Positions 45,518-54,634 of a DNA stretch of 64,000 nt are shown here, one piece after another. The translations under genes were made by a program, and so were the position numbers. The DNA is from Vicinamibacterales bacterium (GTDB lineage Bacteria; Acidobacteriota; Vicinamibacteria; Vicinamibacterales; 2-12-FULL-66-21). The notes under the pieces are model-generated. The model did no database searches. It was not told the DNA's origin and saw nothing but the letters and a program-made list of their open reading frames with translations. Position 1 is the first letter of the stretch. Each line of letters begins with the position of its first letter. The stretch lies in NCBI GenBank assembly GCA_049642465.1, contig JBAROV010000088.1, positions 38,616-102,615 on the forward strand. Reading direction: 5' to 3'.

Positions 45518-48250
45518 TCACTTCTGGAGCCGGGGCGGCTCCGTCATCCAGACGTTGCCGGTGTGTTCCCCCAGGTTGAAGATGATCTTGTCGCGCGCGA
45601 CCGCGATATCGGGCGCTCCGAGGTAGAGGTTCTTCCAGGACAGCCCCCTGCCGTGGAAGTGCTGAATGCCGATGGGAATCCCGACTGGCCGCTTCGTCGA
45701 TGAGTCGACGCGTTGTGCCCACAAGCACGGAGAGCCGTCCCGATCCGACCAGAAGTACAGCACATTGGCCAGTGGCGACCAGGCCGGCGCGTCGCCGTCC
45801 TGACTGACGACAATCCAGTCCTTTTCGCTCGATACCACGGACCTGTCCACCTTCGCGACGAGTATCCGCGCGGGGGATAGTCTGTCCGTCCTGCCGTTGA
45901 ATGCGATCCAGCCCCCATCGGAACTGAAGCGCGGACTGTAAATGCCATAGCCCGGGTGACTCAGCCACGCGTCGTTGTGAGAACCACCAATCGTCAGCAG
46001 GCCGACACCCGACGCGTCCCGCGGAGTCACGTACAAGATTCGAGTCCCATCGGGCGACCAATCCTCCACCTGGCCACAGTGATCGCACACCTGCTCAGGT
46101 GTTCCTCCACCTGCCGCGACCACGAAGATGGGCATCCTTTCGTTTTGCGGAAACGAGTACGCCACGCGGGTCCCGTCACGACTGATTGCCGGATAGTGAT
46201 CTTCGGTCAGTCTGGTGAGCACGGTCTCGCCGCTGGTTCCGAAGGTCTTCAGCACCACGGCGAACCGGCCGGCGCGACGCGAGCGGAACACTAGCCTCGT
46301 GCCGTCGTCTGATAGCGTCGGGTCGTAATCATCGGCTGCGTCCTCGGTCACACGCTTCAGCGGTCCCCCGACCTTGGCCCGGTTCGCGTCGATCGGCAGG
46401 CTCCAGATATCAGCCCCAATCGTGCGACTGACGAACACCAGGCGGCCATCGGACGTCACGGAGGCAGCCGCTTCGTCTGTCGTACCAAACGTCGCCCGTT
46501 GTGGCGCGCCGCTCAGTTGCCAGCGGTCCGGGGAGATGGCGACCTGCCAGATGTTGGAGGAGTCGCCAACATTGGCGTGAAAGAGAATCCGGTTTCCCGT
46601 TGAGTCCCACGCATCGGGAAACGGCAGGCCCTGGAACGCCCGGAATCGTTCCCGCAGAAGAACGGCGCGGGCCCTGACAGGAACGGGCGTTCCCCCCGGA
46701 ACCGCCGCCACATACCAGTCGATGTTGTTTTCCGGCGGCGCGTCGCGCTGGCGCTGCGCCCAGAACAGCAGAGAGCGTCCGTCCGGCGACCAGACGTGTG
46801 CCTGAGTCCGATGGAAATCTGGCGCGACCGCCGTGGGTGGACCACCCGCGGCCGGAGCCACATAAATCCGGCCGCCCCCGTGTTCCGCGACGCCGTACGC
46901 GATCCAGCTTCCGTCCGGGGAAAAACGCGGCGAAAACCCTCGCGCCGCGAGCAACCTTTCTTCACCACCAAACGTCGGCACAACATAGATACCGCCGCCG
47001 AGCCGGCTGGATCGAAATGCGATTCTGCTTCCATCCGCCGAAAACGCCGGCTCGACATCGTCGGCCGCCTGACGCGTCAGCCGGAGCGGCGGACCATCTG
47101 GAAGCTGCTGGACCCAGATATCGAGGTTCCCCTCGCCGCTGCGGTCAGAGGCGTATGCGAGCATCTTCCCGTCGAGCGAGACAGCCGGGTAATCGGTCCA
47201 ACCAGCATCGGACGTGAGCTTGGTCAGGATTGGTGTCGATGCGACGGGCGATGCTGCCCGACTGATCCGCCACCACGCCGCGAGCAGCACCCCGACGACG
47301 ATCGTCAGCGCCGCTGCCAGGAGCTGCATTCTCCGGCGAGCCGTCGGAGCCGCGGCACGCGCGACACCGGGACGCGCATCGGATTCCTCCTGGAGATCCT
47401 CGAGCGCAACCTTCAGGTCGGCCATCGACTGCCACCGCCGCGCGGGGTCTTTGCGGAGACAGCGGACGATCAACTTCTCGAGATCGCGCGCCAGGCCGGG
47501 AACATGACGGCTCGGTTGTTCCGGGTCTGTCGTCAGGACGGCCGCCAGCGTGGACATCCTCGTCTCACCGCTGAACGCACGGCGGCCCGTGATCATTTCA
47601 TAGAGCACCACACCAAACGAGAAAATATCCGATCGCGCGTCTGCCGCCTTCCCTTCGGCCTGTTCAGGCGACATGTATGCCGCCGTGCCGAGAACGGTCC
47701 CTTCCTCCGTCTGCACGGCCGCCTCGCTGCGGCCGGTTTCCGTCCGGACGCGTTCATCGACCGACTTGAAGCCCGCCGATTCCGTCAGCTTCGCGAGTCC
47801 GAAATCGAGGACTTTGATCGACCCCTGGTCGCTGACCATGATGTTGGCCGGCTTCAGATCACGATGGAGGATCCCCGCGCCATGCGCGGCCGCCAGCGCG
47901 TCAGCGATCTGGACGGCGTATTTGAGCGTCTCGCCGATCCGCAACCTGTTCTGCGCGATCGCCAGGGCGAGAGATCGCCCCGCGACGTACTCCATGGCGA
48001 TGAAGTCGCCATCGCTCTCCCGCCCAATCTCGTAGATCGTGACGATGTGGGGATGATTCAGGGCGGAGGCGGCTCGCGCCTCCTGCACGAAGCGCTTCCG
48101 ATTCTCGGCGGAAATCGATCCGTCATTGCGGAGCAGTTTGACAGCGACGGGCCGGCCGAGGCGCGTGTCGAAGGCGCGGTACACGACCCCCATGCCGCCT
48201 TCACCAAGCGGGGCCAGGATCTCGTAATGAGAGATCATCCTTGCGGTCAT
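45518..48250 (-). CDS. Eukaryotic-like Ser/Thr protein kinase fused to TolB-like (WD40-like) beta-propeller repeats
   Basis: GEGGMGVVYRA, VAVK, HRDLKPAN, DFGLAK. Central TM helix. C-terminal repeated SPDG/SxDG TolB-type blades. ATG at Met20 (alt. Met24 at 48238). Confidence 0.85.
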   Translation of the reverse strand: MTARMISHYEILAPLGEGGMGVVYRAFDTRLGRPVAVKLLRNDGSISAENRKRFVQEARAASALNHPHIVTIYEIGRESDGDFIAMEYVAGRSLALAIAQNRLRIGETLKYAVQIADALAAAHGAGILHRDLKPANIMVSDQGSIKVLDFGLAKLTESAGFKSVDERVRTETGRSEAAVQTEEGTVLGTAAYMSPEQAEGKAADARSDIFSFGVVLYEMITGRRAFSGETRMSTLAAVLTTDPEQPSRHVPGLARDLEKLIVRCLRKDPARRWQSMADLKVALEDLQEESDARPGVARAAAPTARRRMQLLAAALTIVVGVLLAAWWRISRAASPVASTPILTKLTSDAGWTDYPAVSLDGKMLAYASDRSGEGNLDIWVQQLPDGPPLRLTRQAADDVEPAFSADGSRIAFRSSRLGGGIYVVPTFGGEERLLAARGFSPRFSPDGSWIAYGVAEHGGGRIYVAPAAGGPPTAVAPDFHRTQAHVWSPDGRSLLFWAQRQRDAPPENNIDWYVAAVPGGTPVPVRARAVLLRERFRAFQGLPFPDAWDSTGNRILFHANVGDSSNIWQVAISPDRWQLSGAPQRATFGTTDEAAASVTSDGRLVFVSRTIGADIWSLPIDANRAKVGGPLKRVTEDAADDYDPTLSDDGTRLVFRSRRAGRFAVVLKTFGTSGETVLTRLTEDHYPAISRDGTRVAYSFPQNERMPIFVVAAGGGTPEQVCDHCGQVEDWSPDGTRILYVTPRDASGVGLLTIGGSHNDAWLSHPGYGIYSPRFSSDGGWIAFNGRTDRLSPARILVAKVDRSVVSSEKDWIVVSQDGDAPAWSPLANVLYFWSDRDGSPCLWAQRVDSSTKRPVGIPIGIQHFHGRGLSWKNLYLGAPDIAVARDKIIFNLGEHTGNVWMTEPPRLQK

Positions 48251-48303
48251 CGGGGGGACTGCTCGAGTCGACGCAAGCTTACGATGAACTGACAAGCCCG
48301 GGC

Positions 48304-49062
48304 TCACTGTTTCGGCAGCGATTTGATTTCGCTCCTCATCCTGTCGCGGCGATCGAGGATGGCTCGAATCTCGTTTTCAGCCAGCCACGCACCGAGCGCA
48401 GCGTCGAGCTGTTTTTGTGTCAGGCCGTCCATCCTGGCCCAGCACGCTTCATCGATTCGGGTCATCTTGTGGTGGAGCTCGAGGCCGGGGCCGAAGGCGC
48501 GTGAATGGTCGATCAGAATGAGGTTCCAACTGCTGTCGCGCAGCATGTTTGCAAGGTTTCTGTCGGCGTTGCCGATGAGATTGTCGAACATGGCCATTCG
48601 CACCCGTTGCGCGTCCCACGCCGCCACTTGCGATTCACCCGGTGACTCCTTGCCCGTGCCATCGACGACGTTCTCGACCCACAACTGGGCGGCGCCATCG
48701 ACGCCTTGCATCTGCCGAGCGACGGTCGGCGGAACCATGTCCAGCTTCAGGAGCTTGTCGAGCTCGTAGGCGGCGATCTCCGTTTTATAGCGCTCGCGGA
48801 AACCCCGGTAAGCTCCAGAGGGCCGCGCTCTCCACGCGATCCTGGCCGCGGGCCCGCCCGGCCGCAGGGTGCAGCGCGTCAAGTTGGTTTTCGGAAACAC
48901 GTCAATGCTCGCGCACTCGGCGGTCCTGAGATAGTCCTCGAATTCCTGGTGGTGGCCGATCCAGATCTTGGAGCCAGGCGTTTCGGTGGCGGCGGGTGGC
49001 TGCTGACCGAGAAGGCCAGCCACGCACAACAGAACTGCGACGACGATCCACAGTCGACTCAT
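48304..49062 (-). CDS. Secreted hypothetical protein with atypical-kinase-like (PI3/4K- or HipA-like) catalytic-loop motif
   Basis: Signal peptide. NLIGNADRNLANML (GxxDRHxxN-like with His->Asn) followed by LILIDHSRAFG (DFG-like). Confidence 0.5.
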   Translation of the reverse strand: MSRLWIVVAVLLCVAGLLGQQPPAATETPGSKIWIGHHQEFEDYLRTAECASIDVFPKTNLTRCTLRPGGPAARIAWRARPSGAYRGFRERYKTEIAAYELDKLLKLDMVPPTVARQMQGVDGAAQLWVENVVDGTGKESPGESQVAAWDAQRVRMAMFDNLIGNADRNLANMLRDSSWNLILIDHSRAFGPGLELHHKMTRIDEACWARMDGLTQKQLDAALGAWLAENEIRAILDRRDRMRSEIKSLPKQ

Positions 49063-49150
49063 GAATCCCCCTGTGCGAATATACGTCGCAGTGGATCGCG
49101 GCGTCCTCGCCGACTTCTCATGAAACCCTAATCATTTCGAAAATCCTGCA

Positions 49151-49801
49151 ATGCGTCTCGTCTTCGGAGAATGCGAGTTCGACGGCGGCCGGCGCGTGCT
49201 TCTGCGCCACGGAAGCGTCAGACCGCTCTCGCCCAAGGCTTTCCAGGTACTGGAGCTTTTGCTCGAGCGACGCCCGGAGGCTGTGACGAAGACGGAGCTC
49301 CTCGAGCGTCTCTGGCCGGACGCGTTCGTCTCGGACGCGAGCCTGCACAACGTCATCGCAGAAATCCGCGCTGCGCTGGGCGATGCCCCACGGGCGGCCC
49401 GGTTCATCCGAACGGTCGCGCGCTATGGATACGCGTTTCATGGTGATGCGCGGATCACGCCCGCCGTCGAAACGTGGAAAAGTGCCGTCCCCGGTCCGCG
49501 ACTCGCGTCGGGAGAACACGAGTGGCTGCTCGCCGAAGGTCCGAACCTGGTGGGAAGGGGCGCCGACTGCAGCGTTCGGATCGACTCCGCCACTCTTTCG
49601 CGCCACCACGCGCGAATCGTCCTGGCGAACGGGGAAGCCACGATCGAGGATTTGGGGAGCAAGAACGGAACGGTCGTCAACGGACACGACGTCAAACACC
49701 CACTCGTGCTCAAGGAGAACGACCGCATCCAGGTTGGCGCCGTCACGGTGACGTACCGCGTCATGGCGTCCCTGCCGTCGACACTTACCCGGCGTCAGTG
49801 A
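49151..49801 (+). CDS. Transcriptional regulator: OmpR/PhoB-type winged-helix DNA-binding domain + C-terminal FHA domain
   Basis: N-terminal trans_reg_C-like (LSPKAFQVLELLLERRPEAVTKTELLERLW...RFIRTVARYGYAF). C-terminal FHA (LVGRGADCSVRIDSATLSRHHARIV...GSKNGTVVNG). Confidence 0.8.
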   Translation: MRLVFGECEFDGGRRVLLRHGSVRPLSPKAFQVLELLLERRPEAVTKTELLERLWPDAFVSDASLHNVIAEIRAALGDAPRAARFIRTVARYGYAFHGDARITPAVETWKSAVPGPRLASGEHEWLLAEGPNLVGRGADCSVRIDSATLSRHHARIVLANGEATIEDLGSKNGTVVNGHDVKHPLVLKENDRIQVGAVTVTYRVMASLPSTLTRRQ

Positions 49802-49804
49802 ACG

Positions 49805-49955
49805 ACATCAACAATCCACAATCCAATCAACAATCCACAATCCAATCAACAATCCCTAATCGAATCGACAATCCTCAATTCAATCGACGATCCTCAATCA
49901 ACGCCATCGTCACTCGTCAGTCCTCAATCTGCAATTGACCGCAATCAACGATCAT
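49805..49955. repeat. NNCAATC heptamer tandem-repeat element (reverse orientation of the GAYTGNN family), ~21 units
   Basis: Read directly. Fills the whole convergent intergenic space between the FHA regulator and the Gfo/Idh/MocA gene. Confidence 0.6.
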
Positions 49956-51298
49956 CCGGCGAAGTTGTAGTCGTACGGCTTGCGCATCCGGCGCGCGATG
50001 TGCGCGTTCGCTTCCTTGTCGCCCTCACCGACGAACTTCTCTTTCGCGGGATTCCACTGCAACGTGCGGCCGGTGCGGAGCGCGATGACGATCAGATGCC
50101 CGACCGTCGCCGACTGATGCCCGCCTTCGACCGGGCAGATTGGCTCCTTGCGCGTACGCACGGCGTCAAAGAAGTTCGCCATGTGATCGTCGCTGACCTC
50201 GAGCCGGACGGCGGGATTCTCCATGGGCGTCTCGAGAATCTCAGGGTTGCTCGCATTGATCGTCGTCCGATTCACCCAGATCCAGCCGTCCGTTCCCGCG
50301 AACCTGACGCCGTTTCGCTGACCATCCGGTTTCAGCGCAACACCGAACGGGCTGTCGTCCACCGTCGTCCGGACGACTTGCGTGACGCCATTTCCCCAGG
50401 TCAGGGTCGCCTCGAACTCTGACGGGGTGGTGAAGCCGCCGGGAATCGGCTCGGTGAGGGCCCGCGCCTTGATCCCGGTCGGTCCGTCCAGTCCGATCGC
50501 CCAGCGCGCGGAGTCGTTGTGGTGAGCGCCCCAGTCGGTCACGGGCCCTCCCGAATAATCGAACCACCACCGGAACGTCGAGTGGCACCGCTCCTTGAGA
50601 TAGTCCACCTGCGGCGCCTGCCCGAGCCAGTAGTCCCAGTGGAAGCCGGCGGGCACGGGCACCGGCGTAAACGGCCCCTCACGCAGACCGGCTGGAAGAA
50701 ATACGGTCACCTCACTCAGTTTTCCGATCCGGCCGTTGCGAACGAGCTCGCAGGCGAGCCGGAACAGCTTGTTGCTGCGTTGCTGGGTCCCTGTTTGCAG
50801 GACGACCTTGTTCTTGCGCACGGCTTTGACCAGCCGCTTGCCCTCGTCGATGGTGAGCGTCAGCGGCTTCTCGGCGTAGATGTCCTTCTTGGCGGCGGCG
50901 GCCGCGAGGTTGATCAGGGTGTGCCAGTGATCCGGCGTCGCGTTGATGATGACATCGACGTCCTTGCGATCGAGGACCTTCCGGAAGTCGGTGAACTGTT
51001 CCGGAGCCCTCGTCTCGGTCCCGAATTGCTTTGCGAACGCCGCGGAATGCCCCTCGTCCACGTCGCATACGGCGACGACGTCGCCAAAACGGCTGGCGCT
51101 CTTGAGGTCGCCGCGCCCCATGCCGCCGCAACCGATGAGGGCGATTCCAGGCCGATCGTTTGCGCTCGGTCCGCCCGGCACCTGAGTCGAGGCTGAGAGC
51201 TCCTTTTCGACGAACCACCGCGGCAGTCCGGTCGCGGCAGCGATCGCCGCGCAACGGCTGAGGAACGTTCGCCGGGTCACCTGAATGCCGCTGGACAT
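49952..51298 (-). CDS. Gfo/Idh/MocA-family oxidoreductase with Tat signal
   Basis: MSSGIQVTRRTFLSRCAAIAAATGLP twin-arginine signal. Rossmann IALIGCGGMG. Confidence 0.9.
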   Translation of the reverse strand: MSSGIQVTRRTFLSRCAAIAAATGLPRWFVEKELSASTQVPGGPSANDRPGIALIGCGGMGRGDLKSASRFGDVVAVCDVDEGHSAAFAKQFGTETRAPEQFTDFRKVLDRKDVDVIINATPDHWHTLINLAAAAAKKDIYAEKPLTLTIDEGKRLVKAVRKNKVVLQTGTQQRSNKLFRLACELVRNGRIGKLSEVTVFLPAGLREGPFTPVPVPAGFHWDYWLGQAPQVDYLKERCHSTFRWWFDYSGGPVTDWGAHHNDSARWAIGLDGPTGIKARALTEPIPGGFTTPSEFEATLTWGNGVTQVVRTTVDDSPFGVALKPDGQRNGVRFAGTDGWIWVNRTTINASNPEILETPMENPAVRLEVSDDHMANFFDAVRTRKEPICPVEGGHQSATVGHLIVIALRTGRTLQWNPAKEKFVGEGDKEANAHIARRMRKPYDYNFAG

Positions 51299-51345
51299 AT
51301 CACTCCTTCTCGTTTTTGCCCTCGTCTTCGATCCAGAATACGCGA

Positions 51346-54300
51346 ATGCTGGTGGCCCGGCCCTGCGCCTTTCTGGTCCTGGCCATCGCTGTGCTCACAG
51401 GCTACATCGGGGCGGCCGAAAAAATACCACCCGCCACCGGCCGTGTCGACTTCGATCGCCAGATCCGCCCGCTGCTCTCGGATCGCTGCTTCCGCTGCCA
51501 TGGCCCGGACGCCTCGAAGCGCGAGGCCAAGCTTCGACTCGACTTGCGCGAGGGCGCGTTCAAGAAACTGAACGCCGGCTGGGCCGTCGTCAAGCCCGGC
51601 GATCCCGCCAGGAGCGAACTCGTACGCCGGATCTCCTCGGAGGATCTCGAGGAGATGATGCCGCCCCCGAAGTCAAACCTGTCATTAACGGACGACGAGA
51701 AAGCGTTGCTCGTACGCTGGGTCGCCGAGGGCGCCGAGTACCGGCCGCACTGGTCGCTGGCGCCTGTGGTCAGCCGGCCTGCGCCGGTCCTCCGTGGCGG
51801 AGCGGTCGCAACCAATCCCATCGATGCGTTCGTCCGTGCGCGTTTGGACCAGGAGGGACTCCCGCCGGCGCCGCGGGCATCGCCCGAAGTCCTCATCCGG
51901 CGTCTCGCGTTTAACCTGACCGGTCTTCCGCCGACATTCGGTGAGATCGACGCATTGCTCGCAGATCAATCGCCCGGCGCCTACGAGCGCGCCGTCGACG
52001 GCTATCTGGCGTCGCCAGCCTATGGCGAGCGTATGGCGATGGACTGGCTGGATCTCGCACGCTATGCGGATACCTACGGATATCAGGCTGACGTCGACCG
52101 TGACATGTCCCCGTACCGCGATTGGGTCATCTCGGCATTCAATCGAAATCTTCGTTACGACGAATTCCTGACCTGGCAGCTCGCCGGCGACTTGCTGCCG
52201 AACCCCACGCGCGTGCAGCGCATTGCCACCGCATTCAATCGCCTGCACCGGCAGACCAACGAGGGCGGCAGCATCGAAGAGGAGTTCCGAACCGAGTACG
52301 TCGTCGATCGCGTGAATACGTTTGGAACGTCGATGCTCGGCTTGACCGTGGAATGCGCCCGCTGCCACGACCATCGGTTCGATCCGATTACTCAGCGCGA
52401 CTACTATTCGCTCTTCGCGTTCTTCAACAACATCGACGAGTCTGGACTCTACTCGCATTTCACGAATGCGACGCCGAGCCCCTCGCTGCTGCTTTGGCCG
52501 CCTGACAAGGAGGAGCAACACCGCCAACTCTCGGCGCAGATGCGGACGATCGAGGCGGAACTTCGAGCGTCGGCGCGATCGGCCCGCCGCGCCTTCAGCG
52601 CACAACCGAAGGACGCCACGATCCAGCCTCCGGCGCCTATCGCGCACCTGCCGTTCGACGCGGTGGCTGGGGAGACGACGCCCGACACCGTGGCGAAACA
52701 AGCCGCGCAACTGAAGGACGGCCCTCTGTTGCAAAATCGCGCGCTCCGATTCAGCGGCGACAACTCGGTGGTCCATCCAGGCGTCAAGACATTCGGGCGG
52801 ACGAATCAGTTCTCGGCGGCGCTGCGCCTCCAACCCACCGAGCGCCAGGATCGCGCGGTCGTTCTGCACCAGTCCCGCGCGTGGTCCGACGCCGGCAGCC
52901 GGGGTTTCGAGCTGACGCTCGATCATGGTCGTCCCTTCGTCGGGCTCATCCACTTCTGGCCTGGCAATGCGATCGCCGTCCGCGCGCGGCAACCGTTGCC
53001 CCTCAATGCGTGGTCCCAACTCGTGGTGACCTACGATGGATCCAGCCGGGCCGCAGGCATCCGGATCTACTTGAACGGGCAAGCGCTCGAGACAGAGGTC
53101 GTTCGGGATCGGTTGTACAAGGACATCACCTACAACCGCACGGCGGGCGACAACGTCCCCGAGCAGCCGCGATTGACGATCGGCGCGCGCTTTCGTGACA
53201 GCGGATTCAAGAACGGCCTGATCGACGACCTGCAGATCTTCGACACCGCGCTGACTGACGCCGAAGTTGGAGTGATGGCCGGCCGCGCGCCCCGCAGCGA
53301 CGCCCTGTTCGATCATTTCCTTACCCGCACCTACCAACCGTACCTGTCCACGCTGGCGCACCTCACTCGCCTTCGGAACGCTGAAAACACGCTCATTGCC
53401 GGCATCCCGGAAATCATGGTGATGGAGGAGATGCCGACCCCTCGTCGGGCTCATCGGCTCGAGCGCGGCGCCTACGATGCGTCCCGTGAAATCGTGCCGC
53501 GCGACACGCCGGCCAGCCTGCCGCCGTTTTCAGCAGGCCAGCCGCGCAACCGGCTCGGCTTGGCGCGCTGGCTCACCGACCGACGGAATCCGCTCGCGGC
53601 TCGCGTCGTCGTCAACCGCATCTGGCGAATGCACTTCGGCCGCGGCATCGTCGCGACCCAGGAGGACTTCGGCAGCCAGGGCAGATTGCCGACGCACCCG
53701 GAGCTGCTCGACTTTCTCGCGGTGCACTTCATGGAGAGTGGCTGGGACGTGAAGGCGCTGCACCGCCTGATCGTGACGTCTGAGACCTTTCAACAGTCGT
53801 CGCTCATCGCGGCGGACGCCAGCGCCCGCGATCCAGACAACCAGCTGCTCGCACGCGGCCCGAAGCAACGACTGATCGCCGAGTCAATTCGCGACAGCGC
53901 GCTCGCCGCGAGCGGCCTGCTCGATCGCACGATCGGTGGTCCGAGCGTCAAGCCGTATCAACCGGCCGGCCTGTGGGAGCAGTCTGGCACGGGCAAGACC
54001 TACAAGCAGGACACCGGCAGCAGTCTCTACCGCCGCAGCCTGTACACCTTCTGGCGGCGTACCTCGCCACCGCCCTCGATGCTCACCTTCGACGCCATGT
54101 CTCGAGAGGTCTGCACCGCGAAGCGCGATGTGACGACGACACCGCTGCAATCACTCGTTCTGCTGAACGACCCGCAGTTCGTCGAGGCCGCGCGGCGGCT
54201 GGCCGAGAACCTGATCAAACGATTTCCAGACGATCGATTTTCACGAAACCGCGCCGCCTTCCGTGCGCTGATTGGCCGCGCTCCCGACGAAGTTGAGTCC

Positions 54301-54486
54301 CGGATTCTCTCCAGGATGTTCGACGAGCAACGAACGCTCTTCGCACGGCACACCGACGACGCGGGGAAGTTGCTGGACGTCGGGGAGTCGGAATGGGACA
54401 AGGCGCTCCCGAGCGTCGAGCTCGCGGCCCTGACGACGGTGGTAAGCGCGATCATGAACCTCGAGGAATTCGTGGTGCTGCGATGA
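51346..54486 (+). CDS. PSCyt1/PSCyt2/PSD1 (DUF1549-DUF1553) multi-domain protein (Planctomycete-type cytochrome C domains, LamG-like central domain)
   Basis: ATG at 51346 with signal peptide. CFRCHGPDASKREAKLRLD (PSCyt1). CARCHDHRFDPITQRDYY (DUF1549). C-terminal DUF1553-like region. Confidence 0.9.
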   Translation: MLVARPCAFLVLAIAVLTGYIGAAEKIPPATGRVDFDRQIRPLLSDRCFRCHGPDASKREAKLRLDLREGAFKKLNAGWAVVKPGDPARSELVRRISSEDLEEMMPPPKSNLSLTDDEKALLVRWVAEGAEYRPHWSLAPVVSRPAPVLRGGAVATNPIDAFVRARLDQEGLPPAPRASPEVLIRRLAFNLTGLPPTFGEIDALLADQSPGAYERAVDGYLASPAYGERMAMDWLDLARYADTYGYQADVDRDMSPYRDWVISAFNRNLRYDEFLTWQLAGDLLPNPTRVQRIATAFNRLHRQTNEGGSIEEEFRTEYVVDRVNTFGTSMLGLTVECARCHDHRFDPITQRDYYSLFAFFNNIDESGLYSHFTNATPSPSLLLWPPDKEEQHRQLSAQMRTIEAELRASARSARRAFSAQPKDATIQPPAPIAHLPFDAVAGETTPDTVAKQAAQLKDGPLLQNRALRFSGDNSVVHPGVKTFGRTNQFSAALRLQPTERQDRAVVLHQSRAWSDAGSRGFELTLDHGRPFVGLIHFWPGNAIAVRARQPLPLNAWSQLVVTYDGSSRAAGIRIYLNGQALETEVVRDRLYKDITYNRTAGDNVPEQPRLTIGARFRDSGFKNGLIDDLQIFDTALTDAEVGVMAGRAPRSDALFDHFLTRTYQPYLSTLAHLTRLRNAENTLIAGIPEIMVMEEMPTPRRAHRLERGAYDASREIVPRDTPASLPPFSAGQPRNRLGLARWLTDRRNPLAARVVVNRIWRMHFGRGIVATQEDFGSQGRLPTHPELLDFLAVHFMESGWDVKALHRLIVTSETFQQSSLIAADASARDPDNQLLARGPKQRLIAESIRDSALAASGLLDRTIGGPSVKPYQPAGLWEQSGTGKTYKQDTGSSLYRRSLYTFWRRTSPPPSMLTFDAMSREVCTAKRDVTTTPLQSLVLLNDPQFVEAARRLAENLIKRFPDDRFSRNRAAFRALIGRAPDEVESRILSRMFDEQRTLFARHTDDAGKLLDVGESEWDKALPSVELAALTTVVSAIMNLEEFVVLR

Positions 54487-54634
54487 CGAGACCGTTATGT
54501 GACTCCTCGGCAGAATCCTGCTCTCGTTGCCGCATAACGGCGGCGCGCAAGGCACGCCTGCGACGGAGCGGAGCGGGGCATGGGGCTCCCGCGAGCGACG
54601 GAGTCGGGGTCCGGGGCAGCGCCCCGGTTAAGCA

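Noticed and set aside
43969-48292. Long antisense ORFs 43969..45264 (+, 431 aa) and 46796..48292 (+, 498 aa), and 51685..53454 (-, 589 aa)
   Set aside because: They lie fully inside, and opposite to, well-supported genes (DEAD helicase, STK-TolB kinase, PSD1 protein). Typical high-GC shadow ORFs with Arg/Ala/Pro-rich low-complexity translation.
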